Shown here: positions 48,721-58,910 of the stretch, piece by piece
Layout of the letters: every line of letters starts with the position of its first letter
Numbering within the stretch: the first letter of the stretch is position 1
Notes under the pieces: generated by a model
Told to the model about the DNA's origin: nothing
Databases searched by the model: none
Seen by the model: only the letters and a program-made list of their open reading frames with translations
Translations under genes and position numbers: made by a program
DNA from: Actinomycetota bacterium
GTDB lineage: Bacteria > Actinomycetota > Acidimicrobiia > Actinomarinales > Actinomarinaceae
DNA: 64,000 bases
Direction: 5' to 3'
Assembly (NCBI GenBank): GCA_027729925.1
Contig: JAQCEB010000002.1
Span: 8,239 to 72,238 of the forward strand

Positions 48721-48918
48721 ATGAATGACCCTTTTGCACTTGATTTAACAATTAATCTCCTATTACTTGGAGTTGGTGCAGCTATGGTTGCTGGTAACTT
48801 AACAGCTTTATATAAAGACAACTCCGAAACCAAAAAATTATATTTTTCAAGAACTATTTTCTTAACTATAGTTGGAATCATCATTACGGTTTGGTCAATT
48901 GCTTCAATAATTAACTGA
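48721..48918 (+). CDS. Possible small 2-TM membrane protein
   Basis: 65 aa with two clean hydrophobic helices. Conflicts with the long N-terminal version of the kinase ORF on the other strand. Confidence 0.35.
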   Translation: MNDPFALDLTINLLLLGVGAAMVAGNLTALYKDNSETKKLYFSRTIFLTIVGIIITVWSIASIIN

Positions 48919-48965
48919 TATTTTCTAAAAATAGGTTATTATATTCAAAGAACTAAAGGTAGTAA

Positions 48966-49526
48966 ATGCTCTCAGATATTGACATTAAAAATTCTCTAAA
49001 AGAAGGTGATATTGAGGTTTCTCCAATGGAAGATTCATTTATTCAACCTTCAAGTATTGATTTAAGAGTTGGTGCAGACTTTAGAGTTTTTGAAAATCAT
49101 AAGTATTCACATATCGATCCAAAATCTGAACAAAATGATCTTACTAAACTAGTAACAGCAACTCTCGAAGATCCATTTGTGTTACATCCAGGTGAATTTG
49201 TTCTTGGAACAACTTTTGAGAAAGTATCACTCTCAAATAAAATAGTAGCCAGACTAGAAGGAAAAAGTTCTTTAGGAAGAATTGGATTGTTGATTCACTC
49301 AACTGCTGGATTTGTTGATCCAGGTTTTTCAGGATACCTAACATTAGAACTCTCTAATGTTGCTAACTTACCAATAAAAATTTATCCTGAAATGAAAATT
49401 GGTCAAATTTCTTTTTACTATTTAAACACACCTTCAGAGTCAGAGTATGGTTCAAGTTTTTATGGGAGTAAGTATCAGGGTCAAGTAGGTCCAACTCCAA
49501 GTAGAAGTCATAACGATTTCAAATAA
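48966..49526 (+). CDS. dcd: dCTP deaminase
   Basis: dUTPase-fold motifs SSIDLRVG, GRIGLLIHSTAGFVDPGFSGYLTLEL. Confidence 0.9.
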   Translation: MLSDIDIKNSLKEGDIEVSPMEDSFIQPSSIDLRVGADFRVFENHKYSHIDPKSEQNDLTKLVTATLEDPFVLHPGEFVLGTTFEKVSLSNKIVARLEGKSSLGRIGLLIHSTAGFVDPGFSGYLTLELSNVANLPIKIYPEMKIGQISFYYLNTPSESEYGSSFYGSKYQGQVGPTPSRSHNDFK

Positions 49527-49528
49527 TC

Positions 49529-50212
49529 ATGTTCCCCGGTATTGGCACTGTTATTAATTCTGGTTCCGTACTCTTAATTGGATTGATATCAAGAGTTTTT
49601 ATTAAAAAAGAGATTAAAAATTTCGAAAATAATTTATTGCCCTTAGGTTTGCTAGTTTTAACTCTTGGAATTAGAGAAACCTTAAAAGGTTCTGATTTTA
49701 TAATCATATTATTTTCTGTACTTATTGGTGCTATTGTAGGAAGCTTATTAAAAATTGAAGAAAAAATTGAACATTTTGGTGAATATTTACACACAAAATT
49801 TGAAAGTGAAGATGTAGATAAAGGTAAATTTATTGATAGTTATCTAACTGCAACATTAATAGTAATAACGGGTCCTTTAGCAATCATTGGTCCATTTTTT
49901 GATGTTGTTGAAAGCAATGTTGAACTCTTATTAATTAAATCTGCTCTTGATTGTTTTTTAGTTCTATTTTTAACATCTAGTGGTGGTAAAGGTGCTGTAT
50001 ATTCTGGTGTTTCAATATTAATTTATCAAGGTTTTTTTACATTATGTGCGTTTGGAGTTGGTGAAGTGGTTAATGAAACTATTTCAAATTCTATTGCTGG
50101 AGTTGGTGGTGTGTTATTAATTGGTGTTGGCATAAACCTACTAGGGCTAAAAAAAATACCGGTAGGAAACTACATTTTAAGCTTGTTTATTCCTATATTC
50201 CTAACATTTTAA
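49529..50212 (+). CDS. DUF554-family membrane protein
   Basis: 227 aa. N-terminal GIGTVINSGSVLLIG pattern and ~6 TM helices. Confidence 0.65.
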   Translation: MFPGIGTVINSGSVLLIGLISRVFIKKEIKNFENNLLPLGLLVLTLGIRETLKGSDFIIILFSVLIGAIVGSLLKIEEKIEHFGEYLHTKFESEDVDKGKFIDSYLTATLIVITGPLAIIGPFFDVVESNVELLLIKSALDCFLVLFLTSSGGKGAVYSGVSILIYQGFFTLCAFGVGEVVNETISNSIAGVGGVLLIGVGINLLGLKKIPVGNYILSLFIPIFLTF

Positions 50213-50849
50213 ATGTTCTGGTTGCACCTTTAACACCTTCAAATATTTCTATAATTTTGGCTGATTCGTCTTCAAATGAACCAGTAATTTTTTGTGGCTC
50301 TTTAATGTTAAAACATCTGTTTCCAAAATCTATATCAACAGGAACATACGGTATTTCCAAGCCTTTAGCTAAATAATAAAATCCACTTCTAAATTTTTCT
50401 ACAGCTTCAACTCCTCCTTCCGGAGCAATAACTAAAATATAATTTTCTAAATTTTTAAACTCCTCAACTGCTGCTTGAATTAAACCTTTAGAATTTACCC
50501 TATATACAGGAATGCCTCCTAATTTTTTTAATATAATTTTTTGTAACCACCAAAGCGGCCAGGGGATTCCTTGTCTATCTAAATTGTTTGAAATAGTAAA
50601 TAAACTTGGTAAACGGGTAAAAATCCATGCGGCTCCAAAAAAATTAATTTTTAAATCTAATGCAAGTACTGCAAGCAACCCGTACCATGCATCCCTCATT
50701 GCTGTATGGGGTACTCCTATTAGAATTATTTTTTTTAAATTTGGAATCTCACCTTTAACTTCCCACCTGAATATTTTGATTAATAACCTACCAACTGGAC
50801 CAAGAAACCTTCTTTTTTTCTGAGCAACATTTTCAGGTACAAAAATCAT
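50193..50849 (-). CDS. PlsC-like lysophospholipid/glycerolipid acyltransferase
   Basis: H-x4-D motif (HTAMRD) and APEGG motif. Confidence 0.7.
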   Translation of the reverse strand: MIFVPENVAQKKRRFLGPVGRLLIKIFRWEVKGEIPNLKKIILIGVPHTAMRDAWYGLLAVLALDLKINFFGAAWIFTRLPSLFTISNNLDRQGIPWPLWWLQKIILKKLGGIPVYRVNSKGLIQAAVEEFKNLENYILVIAPEGGVEAVEKFRSGFYYLAKGLEIPYVPVDIDFGNRCFNIKEPQKITGSFEDESAKIIEIFEGVKGATRTFKMLGI

Positions 50850-51832
50850 AATTCAGAAATATGTTTTGCTATTTGAACAGCATTTAGTGCTGCTCCTTTA
50901 AGTAAATTATCAGAAACAACCCAAAAATTTATGATTTTATTGCTTGATAATCCTTTTCTCAATCTAGAAACTAAAACTTCATTTCTTCCTTCTGCATCTA
51001 GAGGCGTAGGGAGAGATTTATCCCAGTACTCAACTCCTTCAAAACTGTTTAAAACATTAATTGCCTCTTTAATATCTATTGTATTTTCAAAAACTGCAGA
51101 ACAAAATGTGCCATGTCCTGTAACAACGCCTACTCTGGCATTTGAAGGCTCTACTATTAAATCATCAATATCTAAAATTTTTCTTGATTCATTACAAAAT
51201 TTCATTTCTTCATCTGAATATCCATTATCCAAAAGATTGCCAGCTAAAGGAATTACATTTCTCGCTATTGGATTCGTATAATATCCTTCTGTATAATCTG
51301 GTTTTAAGTTGTCACCCATTTCAATTTCTCTTTGTAAAGAAAGTATTCCATTTGAACCAGAACCAGAAACTGCTTGATATGCGACAGGTGTAATGGCTTT
51401 TAAATTGTATTGATCATGAAGAGGCTTTAAAGCCATAACTAGGCCCATTGTGGTGCAATTTGGATTAGATATTAATTTTGTATCTTTAGTAATAATATTT
51501 TGATTAACACCATAAACAACAAGTGGAACACTTTCATTCATTCTAAATGCAGATGAATTATCAACTACAAATGAGCCGTTTTCGATAAATATATTAGCGA
51601 ATTCCTTTGATCGCTCACCACCAGCAGAAAATAGTGCAATATTATAACTTTCAATATTTTCTTTATTTAACTCTTTTACTGTTAATTCAGATTGATTAAT
51701 TTTTAATTTTTTCCCAGCTGATTTACTTGATGCAAAAAATGTATATTCAACATCGCTACTAAAAAATTGTTGGCAAAGATTTATAATGTTTTGTCCAACT
51801 AATCCAGTTGCGCCAACAATTGCAATTTTCAT
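50846..51832 (-). CDS. asd: Aspartate-semialdehyde dehydrogenase
   Basis: KIAIVGATGLVG NADP site and active-site SNPNCTT. Confidence 0.9.
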   Translation of the reverse strand: MKIAIVGATGLVGQNIINLCQQFFSSDVEYTFFASSKSAGKKLKINQSELTVKELNKENIESYNIALFSAGGERSKEFANIFIENGSFVVDNSSAFRMNESVPLVVYGVNQNIITKDTKLISNPNCTTMGLVMALKPLHDQYNLKAITPVAYQAVSGSGSNGILSLQREIEMGDNLKPDYTEGYYTNPIARNVIPLAGNLLDNGYSDEEMKFCNESRKILDIDDLIVEPSNARVGVVTGHGTFCSAVFENTIDIKEAINVLNSFEGVEYWDKSLPTPLDAEGRNEVLVSRLRKGLSSNKIINFWVVSDNLLKGAALNAVQIAKHISEL

Positions 51833-51833
51833 T

Positions 51834-53048
51834 CTAAGATATAAATTCTTTATGTAAAGACTCTAAGGCTTTTTTAGTATCTTTCCTGTTGATAACACAG
51901 GAAACTCTAATTGGTGAAGTCGAGATCATTGAAATATTAATTGAGTTTTTACCTAATGTGTTAAACATTCTTGAAGCAACTCCAGACTCAGATTTCATTC
52001 CGGCTCCAATAATAGAAACCCTAGCAACGTTTTCATCAATGTCATAGCCTTCGGCATTAAGGTCTTTAGAAACTTTGCTTAGAATTTCTTCTACATCAGA
52101 TTTTTGATCTACTGGTGCGGTAAATGAAATATCTGTTATTGACTTTTTAGAAACATTCTGAACGATCATATCGACGTTTATACCGCTTTCAGATAACGCA
52201 CCAAAAAACTTGCCTGCTATGCCTGGTTGATCTGGAACTCCATATAAAGTAAATTTTATTTCTTTATCGTTGTGTGTTACACCACTTACAATTGCTTCTT
52301 CCATTGTTTTCTCTGTTACTAAAGTTCCTTTATTATTCGTAAAAGTAGATTTTACGATTATTGGTATATTATACCTTCTACCAAATTCTACAGACCTAGC
52401 CATTAGTACGCCTGCTCCCGATGATGCCATTTCAAGCATTTCATCGTACGAAATTTCTTCTATAAGCTTTGCATCATTAACTACTCTTGGATCAGCGGTA
52501 AATACACCATCAACGTCTGTAAATATTTCACATCTTTCTGCACCTAGAGCAGCGGCCAATGCTACAGCAGTCGCATCAGAACCACCTCTTCCTAAAGTTG
52601 TTATCTCTCTTGTGTCTCGGTTAAAACCTTGAAACCCAGCTACAATTACAATATTTCCTGAACTTAAACCTTCTCTTACTCTCTCACCAGTTATTTCTTC
52701 TATTTCTGCCTTCCCGTGCCTTGAGCTGGTTATTATTCCGGCTTGTGATCCTGTAAGAGAAATTGATTTATACCCTAAACTATTTAAGTGAATTGAGAGC
52801 AGCGACATCGTAATTCTCTCACCTGCAGAAAGTAACATATCCATTTCTCTAGGTGATGGTTTTGATGAAAGTTCATGAGCTAAATTGATTAGTTCATCAG
52901 TGCTTGAACCCATTGCAGATGGAACAACAACAACATCATTGCCTTTATTTTTACAATCAATAATTCTTTGTGCAACAACTTGTAATGACTCTGTATTAGC
53001 CACACTGGTTCCACCAAATTTTTGTACTATTAAACTCATTGGAAACAT
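51834..53048 (-). CDS. lysC: Aspartate kinase
   Basis: VQKFGGTSV, GGSDATA, two C-terminal ACT domains. The true start may be the Met 3 codons in (MSLIVQKFGG). Confidence 0.93.
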   Translation of the reverse strand: MFPMSLIVQKFGGTSVANTESLQVVAQRIIDCKNKGNDVVVVPSAMGSSTDELINLAHELSSKPSPREMDMLLSAGERITMSLLSIHLNSLGYKSISLTGSQAGIITSSRHGKAEIEEITGERVREGLSSGNIVIVAGFQGFNRDTREITTLGRGGSDATAVALAAALGAERCEIFTDVDGVFTADPRVVNDAKLIEEISYDEMLEMASSGAGVLMARSVEFGRRYNIPIIVKSTFTNNKGTLVTEKTMEEAIVSGVTHNDKEIKFTLYGVPDQPGIAGKFFGALSESGINVDMIVQNVSKKSITDISFTAPVDQKSDVEEILSKVSKDLNAEGYDIDENVARVSIIGAGMKSESGVASRMFNTLGKNSINISMISTSPIRVSCVINRKDTKKALESLHKEFIS

Positions 53049-53095
53049 TCTAATTAATTAATTACAGAAGAAAAGAGCCTAGTACTCTAGATTTA

Positions 53096-53974
53096 ATGAG
53101 TATTGATTTACATATCCATTCAGAAAATTCAGATGGAACAGAATCCGTAAAAGATATTGTAGAACAAAGTAAAAACCTACAATTAGAAGCAATCTCCATA
53201 ACAGATCATGAGTATTTATCAAAAGTTCCGAAGAATGCAGGCATAAAGATAATTTCAGGTGTAGAAATAAGTGCAAGTTGGCAAAAATTAGAAAATGAAA
53301 ATAAGTTTGCTGGAATTCATTTATTGGTTTACTTTATCGAAGAAAAATCTGAACTTAATTTTGAATTAAAAAATATTAGAGAACAAAAAAATTTGAGAAA
53401 TTTTGAAATATTAAATCAACTTGAAAAGCAAGAAATTTATATCGATAAGTCTGAATTAAAAAAATTAAAAACCAAAGTTCCCGGTCGACCCCATATAGCA
53501 AAAGCCATGGTTCAAAAAGGATATGTTGATAGTATCAACGAAGCCTTTTTGAATTATTTGGGTAATGGTAAATCATCTTATATAAACACTCATCAAATTT
53601 CTATAGAAAAACTATTCGAACTTTGTAAAAGTTCAAAAGTATTAATTTTTTTAGCTCATCCACACACAATTGTAAGTAATGAATCATTTAGTAAAAATGA
53701 AAACTGGATTGACACCAAATTTAAAGATCTATTAGTACAATTGAAAAACTTTGGACTCAATGGAATCGAAACCTATTACCCAGGATATAATCACAGTACT
53801 GTTGATAAATTAAGAAATATTGCATCAGAATATAGTCTTCTCATTTCAGGAGGTAGTGATTTCCACGGAACTATTAAACCAAATAATTTGCTTGGCATAG
53901 GTTATGAAAATAATCCATTAAAAATACCTAAAGAAGTACTATCAAAAATAGAAGAAGCTTATGCAAAATTATAA
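53096..53974 (+). CDS. PHP-domain phosphoesterase (TrpH/YciV-like)
   Basis: IDLHIHSENSDG N-terminal PHP motif, LAHP, GGSDFHG. Confidence 0.8.
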   Translation: MSIDLHIHSENSDGTESVKDIVEQSKNLQLEAISITDHEYLSKVPKNAGIKIISGVEISASWQKLENENKFAGIHLLVYFIEEKSELNFELKNIREQKNLRNFEILNQLEKQEIYIDKSELKKLKTKVPGRPHIAKAMVQKGYVDSINEAFLNYLGNGKSSYINTHQISIEKLFELCKSSKVLIFLAHPHTIVSNESFSKNENWIDTKFKDLLVQLKNFGLNGIETYYPGYNHSTVDKLRNIASEYSLLISGGSDFHGTIKPNNLLGIGYENNPLKIPKEVLSKIEEAYAKL

Positions 53975-55442
53975 AAAAGTAATTGGTTCAATTTCTATTG
54001 TCACCGTTTCATATTTAATGAGTAGGGTTCTCGGTTTTTATAGAGAAATTATGCTCGCAAAATGGACCGGTTTGTCAGAAGCAACAGATATTCTCGATTT
54101 AGCTTTTGTAATTCCTGATTTTCTTTTTTATTTATCTGCGGGTGGATATTTAGCTATTACATTAATCCCACTATTGAATAAACAACAAGAGGACAAGGTT
54201 AATAAATATTACCTTTCATTATTATACGGTCTTACAATTATTTTTATTATCTTAACCCTTTCTACTTATTTTTTAAGATATCAAATAGCAAATTTTTTAA
54301 ATGTTAAAAATATAGAATTCTTTATAGAAATTTTTACCCCAGTTGTTTTTAGCCAGCTTTTCTTTTTTATTGGTGCAATTTTGATGGCTTTTCAATATTT
54401 TAAAGAAAACTTTCTTTATCCATCATTAGCTCCAGTTATTTACAATTGTTCAATAATATTCTTTGGTTGGATTAATTCGACATCACCAGAAGAGACAGTT
54501 AAAGGCTTTGCAATAGGTACATTAGTTGGTTCAATATTGGGCCATTTGATTATTCAATTAATTGGAGTGATTAAATCAGGTTTAATTATTCAATATTTTC
54601 TTCCAAATGTAAAATATTTAAAAGAATATCTTTTTATATCTTTACCTTTAATAGTTGGTCAATCAATTGCAGTTATAGACGAACAGTTATTTAGGTACTT
54701 TGGTTCACTATTAGATACTGGAAGTATTGCATCGTTTAGATATGCAAGAAGAATAGCTTTATTACCAGTAGGAATTATTGCACAAGCTATAGGTGTTGCC
54801 AGTTATCCATTTTTGTCGAAATTATTCAAGAATAATAAATATGATGAGTTAAAAATTTTAGTAAGAAAACAACTTGTTTATCTATTAGTTCTTAATGGTG
54901 CACTTATGGTATTTGGATTAGTAAATTCAGAATCAATTATTAAAATTGTTTACCAAAGAGGTAATTTTACAGCAATTGAAACAAATACTGTGAGTTCAAT
55001 TTTCTTTATTATCTGTTTTGCAATTTTGCCTTGGTCAATTAATCAAATATTAACAAGAACTTTCTATGTTCAAGAAGAATTTTGGTTTCCAGTTGTTAGC
55101 GGCACATTAGTTACGCTTTTAACAATTTTGTATATGAGTCAAATAAAAAATCCTAGTACTTTAAAATTTGCTCTAACTATAGTCTTCTCACTGTATGTGT
55201 ATACTTTTATACTTTTGCTGAAACTAGGTATTGATAGAGAGAAGCTATTAAATAAAGAGTTGTTTAATGATTTTATTAAGTCTTTATTAATATTTTCTAC
55301 ATCGTATTTTACTGTTGAAAAAATAGACTTTAGTAATGAAATAACTTCAATGTCATTGTCGATATTAGCAATAGCCATTATTGTTTTTGTCTTAGTTAAG
55401 TTGCTAAAATTTAAATATATTAATCTATCAAGTAGAGAATAA
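53961..55442 (+). CDS. murJ: Lipid II flippase MurJ
   Basis: 493 aa, ~14 TM. N-terminal SRVLGFYREIMLAKWTG and a MATE-like/MviN pattern. Confidence 0.8.
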   Translation: MQNYKKVIGSISIVTVSYLMSRVLGFYREIMLAKWTGLSEATDILDLAFVIPDFLFYLSAGGYLAITLIPLLNKQQEDKVNKYYLSLLYGLTIIFIILTLSTYFLRYQIANFLNVKNIEFFIEIFTPVVFSQLFFFIGAILMAFQYFKENFLYPSLAPVIYNCSIIFFGWINSTSPEETVKGFAIGTLVGSILGHLIIQLIGVIKSGLIIQYFLPNVKYLKEYLFISLPLIVGQSIAVIDEQLFRYFGSLLDTGSIASFRYARRIALLPVGIIAQAIGVASYPFLSKLFKNNKYDELKILVRKQLVYLLVLNGALMVFGLVNSESIIKIVYQRGNFTAIETNTVSSIFFIICFAILPWSINQILTRTFYVQEEFWFPVVSGTLVTLLTILYMSQIKNPSTLKFALTIVFSLYVYTFILLLKLGIDREKLLNKELFNDFIKSLLIFSTSYFTVEKIDFSNEITSMSLSILAIAIIVFVLVKLLKFKYINLSSRE

Positions 55443-55783
55443 TGCAAAAATTTCCAGTCAAAAAGGGTCTGTCAAATGCAGAAGAGCTTCATGAAGAAAT
55501 CAATGAATATATTGATGTTTTAATGGGACATATTACTCCCCCAATTGCAGATGGTGTAGATACTTTATTTGAAGTTAGTAGTACATACCTTGCAAGGGCA
55601 AAGGAAATTGAAATAAAATTATTAGAGAGAGAAAGAGCTTCAAAAATAGATACATCTGATGAATTAAAAAAATTCAGAACTGGAGAATTGAGAAGTTTTA
55701 TTGAGCTCTGCAAAAGTGCTCAAAACCAAGGCTCTAGAAGAATTACTGTAGCTTTGAGTGATCTAAACCTTAAAGAAAGTTAG
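55442..55783 (+). CDS. Hypothetical helical protein
   Basis: 113 aa, charged, predicted helical. No motif recognised. Confidence 0.4.
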   Translation: MQKFPVKKGLSNAEELHEEINEYIDVLMGHITPPIADGVDTLFEVSSTYLARAKEIEIKLLERERASKIDTSDELKKFRTGELRSFIELCKSAQNQGSRRITVALSDLNLKES

Positions 55784-57309
55784 TCTCGATTTTCAATTCC
55801 AAATATATTTTCTAAATTATCTTGATAACTGTTTTGATTTTGTGATTCCTTAATTAAATCTTTCTGAGCTTTAATTTGAATTTTAACAATTATGCCAAGT
55901 TGCTTTTCTATTTCAACTTCAACAAATTCTTTTATATCTTGAGATTTATTTAATTCGGTAATTAAAAATTCGTTACTCTCATCTATTAAAAAACTCAACG
56001 AATTATCTTCAATTTCAGGTTTTACCAAGGTCAAATACGAATACTTTCTCGGTGTTAATTGAGTTTTGGCTTCTTTTAAAATAATCGGCCAAATTACATC
56101 AAAATTTTCTAAGCTACTTTTATTTTTTTCTTCTTTTACTGTTTTTTCTTTTTTTTTGCTTTCAGGTACTTTTTTTGATTCAACACTCAAAGCTTCGGTT
56201 TGTGGTTGCTGAGTATTAATTTTAATATTTTCACCTTCTAGTAAATCAATTCTTCTAGATAACGACTTAACGTCAAATGCAAACTCAGGCTTTATTAATT
56301 TTATAACAAATAATTCAAGCTTTAATTCTTGTGAAGGTGCGTTTTTTATATTTTGATTAATGTCGTCAAGCAAATCAAGTATTCTTGCCAATTGCTTAGC
56401 TGTAATGCTTTCATTCAACTGATTAACTAGCTTCAACTCATCTTTAGTTAAATTAAAAATATTTTCGTCATTTGGAAGATACTTAACATAAAAAATGTTC
56501 CTAAATAAATTAGTTATCGAAGAAAGTATATCTTTAGGCTGTAAACCTTTTTTATAATTTTCTTTTAGAACTTTTAAAGCCTTTGAGGTGTCTTGTTCAA
56601 ACATAGAATTGACAATTTCTAACATATTTTCTGTAGATACCCTACCTAGAATGCTGTAAACATCTTCTGTAGTTGCTTTAGATCCGAATGTTGAAAAAGT
56701 CTGTTCAAAAAGATTAATTGCATCTCGAAGAGAGCCGTCACTATTGTTCGAAATTAATTCCAGAACATCATTTTGCAATGTTATGTTTTCCTTTTTGGCA
56801 ATAGTAGATAAAGTCGTAGTAATTTCTTTATTGTCTATTTTTTTAAAAACTATGTGTGTTGTTCTGCTCTTAATTGTTTCCAAAACTCTCTCGGGTTCTG
56901 TAGTTGCGAGAATAAATATTACATGTTCGGGAGGTTCTTCAAGTGTTTTTAGAAAAGCATTAGATGCAGCATTGGACAGCATGTGAACTTCATCTAAGAT
57001 AATAACTCTTTTTTTTCCTGGACTACTAGCAATAAAGTTTATATTTTCATTTAATTCACGAATATCATCTACTTTATTATGTGATGCAGCATCAATTTCA
57101 GAAATATCAAAAGTTGGATCGCAGCCAAGTTCAATAGCAATAATTCTTGCTAATGATGTTTTACCAACTCCTCGAGGACCAGAAAATAAATATGCATGAC
57201 TTAAATTATTTTTTATAATTTGCTGTTTTATAAGCTTTACAGCATCGTCCTGTCCTATAAGATCATCAATCTTTGATGGTCTGTATTTTCTATATAAAGC
57301 TTCTTGCAT
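55780..57309 (-). CDS. dnaX: DNA polymerase III subunit tau/gamma
   Basis: Walker A GPRGVGKTS, Walker B ILDEVHML, sensor KSRT. Lys/Glu-rich linker from about residue 365. Confidence 0.9.
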   Translation of the reverse strand: MQEALYRKYRPSKIDDLIGQDDAVKLIKQQIIKNNLSHAYLFSGPRGVGKTSLARIIAIELGCDPTFDISEIDAASHNKVDDIRELNENINFIASSPGKKRVIILDEVHMLSNAASNAFLKTLEEPPEHVIFILATTEPERVLETIKSRTTHIVFKKIDNKEITTTLSTIAKKENITLQNDVLELISNNSDGSLRDAINLFEQTFSTFGSKATTEDVYSILGRVSTENMLEIVNSMFEQDTSKALKVLKENYKKGLQPKDILSSITNLFRNIFYVKYLPNDENIFNLTKDELKLVNQLNESITAKQLARILDLLDDINQNIKNAPSQELKLELFVIKLIKPEFAFDVKSLSRRIDLLEGENIKINTQQPQTEALSVESKKVPESKKKEKTVKEEKNKSSLENFDVIWPIILKEAKTQLTPRKYSYLTLVKPEIEDNSLSFLIDESNEFLITELNKSQDIKEFVEVEIEKQLGIIVKIQIKAQKDLIKESQNQNSYQDNLENIFGIENRD

Positions 57310-57368
57310 ACTTGTAAATGTTAATATGATACCTTTCTATATTGCACTATACAATTAAACTAAGTCAA

Positions 57369-57920
57369 GTGAGAATAGGTGTTGACTTAGATGGAGTTGT
57401 AGCTGACTTTACTACTGGCTGGACAACTCAATACTATAAAGACTTCGGAAAACAGATTAATGAATCTGATATTACAGAATGGGGTCTAGCTAGTCCTTTA
57501 ACTCATTTTAAAAAAGAAATCGATTTTTGGAATTGGGCTAAAGATATTAATGGAAATTCTATTTTTAGACATCTTCCAGTTTACGAAGATTCAGTTGAAG
57601 CTCTAATGGAGCAGATACACTTTGGTAATGAAATTATTATATTGTCATCTAAACCTTGGTGGTCAATAAATGACACGTTACTTTGGTTAGGTGAAAATAA
57701 AATACCTACTAAAGAAATACATTTTACAGAAGATAAATGGAAAATTGATTGTGATGTGTATATTGACGATGCTCCACATCAACTTAAAAGTTTTACAAAA
57801 AAAACAAATGAAAAGCTAATAATTCGTTTTGTCAGAAGTTACAACAGACCTATCGAGGGAGTTTTGGATTTACATCATTGGAAAGATTTAACCTCTTTAC
57901 TTGAATCTCAAAAACTGTAA
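57369..57920 (+). CDS. HAD-superfamily 5'(3')-deoxyribonucleotidase-like protein
   Basis: DxDGV HAD motif I (GVDLDGVVADF). GTG 57369 gives the family-typical MRIGVDLDG N-terminus; the track start is TTG 57342. Confidence 0.65.
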   Translation: MRIGVDLDGVVADFTTGWTTQYYKDFGKQINESDITEWGLASPLTHFKKEIDFWNWAKDINGNSIFRHLPVYEDSVEALMEQIHFGNEIIILSSKPWWSINDTLLWLGENKIPTKEIHFTEDKWKIDCDVYIDDAPHQLKSFTKKTNEKLIIRFVRSYNRPIEGVLDLHHWKDLTSLLESQKL

Positions 57921-57929
57921 AGTAAATTT

Positions 57930-58910
57930 ATGAATGATTCTTTCGTATTAAGAGATAGAATTTGGAGAGAACAGAATGAAAGAGTTTCCCTCTCTTCTAT
58001 AGCAACATTTGCTGATTCAACAGAAGGAAGAATAAATCACGAAGAAAAAGATTTATTCAGAACTGAATTTGAAAGAGACAGAGACAGAATTTTACACTCA
58101 AAAGCATTTAGAAGGCTTAAACACAAAACCCAGGTATTTATTAATCCAGATGGTGATCATTTTATAACTAGAATGTCTCATACTTTGCAAGTTACTCAAA
58201 TTGGAAGGTCAATTGCAAAAGCACTTGGATTAAATCCTGACTTAACTGAAGCAATTTGTCTTGGACACGATGTTGGGCACTCGCCGTTTGGACATACTGG
58301 TGAAGATGTCTTGAATGAAATGCTAGACAATGGATGGAGTCACTCAGAAAACTCTGTAAAAATTTTTAAACACATAGAACCTAAAAATTTAACTATAGAA
58401 ACACTAAATGGGATTGAGAAACATCCTTGGAAATATACCGAACCTCCAAAAACTCCAGAGGGTATGGTTTGTAGATTTGCTGACAGAATTGCTTATCTTT
58501 CTCATGATGTTGAAGATGCAGTTAGAGCTGGTGTTTTAAAAGAGTCAGACATTCCAAAAGATATTACTGATGTTCTTGGTGAGCCAGGTAAAAATTGGAT
58601 TAATTCACTTATTTCTGGAGTTTTTAAAGGTTCTAGCAATTCTGAAATAGCAATGGATTCAGAAATTCTAGATACTATGAATCGATTAAGAGACTTTATG
58701 TTCAAAAATGTTTACCTCAGAGAAGAAACAATGAAACAAAGAACGGATGCAAAAAGAATTGTTGAATTTTTAGTAAATTACTTTACAAAACGACCCCAAG
58801 ATTTACCTGATTTTTATATTCAAGACCAAACTGATATACAGAATGCTGTAGATTATGTTGCAGGAATGACCGATCGTTATGCAATTGCAACATATGAAAA
58901 ACTTAATTAA
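57930..58910 (+). CDS. dGTPase-like HD-domain triphosphohydrolase
   Basis: FRRLKHKTQVF, HD motif LGHDVGHSPFGH, and C-terminal DYVAGMTDRYA. Confidence 0.85.
   Translation: MNDSFVLRDRIWREQNERVSLSSIATFADSTEGRINHEEKDLFRTEFERDRDRILHSKAFRRLKHKTQVFINPDGDHFITRMSHTLQVTQIGRSIAKALGLNPDLTEAICLGHDVGHSPFGHTGEDVLNEMLDNGWSHSENSVKIFKHIEPKNLTIETLNGIEKHPWKYTEPPKTPEGMVCRFADRIAYLSHDVEDAVRAGVLKESDIPKDITDVLGEPGKNWINSLISGVFKGSSNSEIAMDSEILDTMNRLRDFMFKNVYLREETMKQRTDAKRIVEFLVNYFTKRPQDLPDFYIQDQTDIQNAVDYVAGMTDRYAIATYEKLN

Noticed and set aside
52302-52304. Internal start for an aspartokinase beta subunit at Met249 (MEEAIVSGV, matching the Corynebacterium LysC-beta start MEEAVLTGV)
   Set aside because: The residue alignment is suggestive, but I see no convincing Shine-Dalgarno sequence upstream (..GTAACAGAGAAAACA-ATG). 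I cannot support it as a separate feature from sequence alone.
57310-57368. Expected 4.5S/SRP RNA (ffs) upstream of dnaX, as in many bacteria
   Set aside because: The intergenic region is only ~59 nt and AT-rich, with no GGAAGCAGCC-like domain IV motif. It is too short and has the wrong composition.
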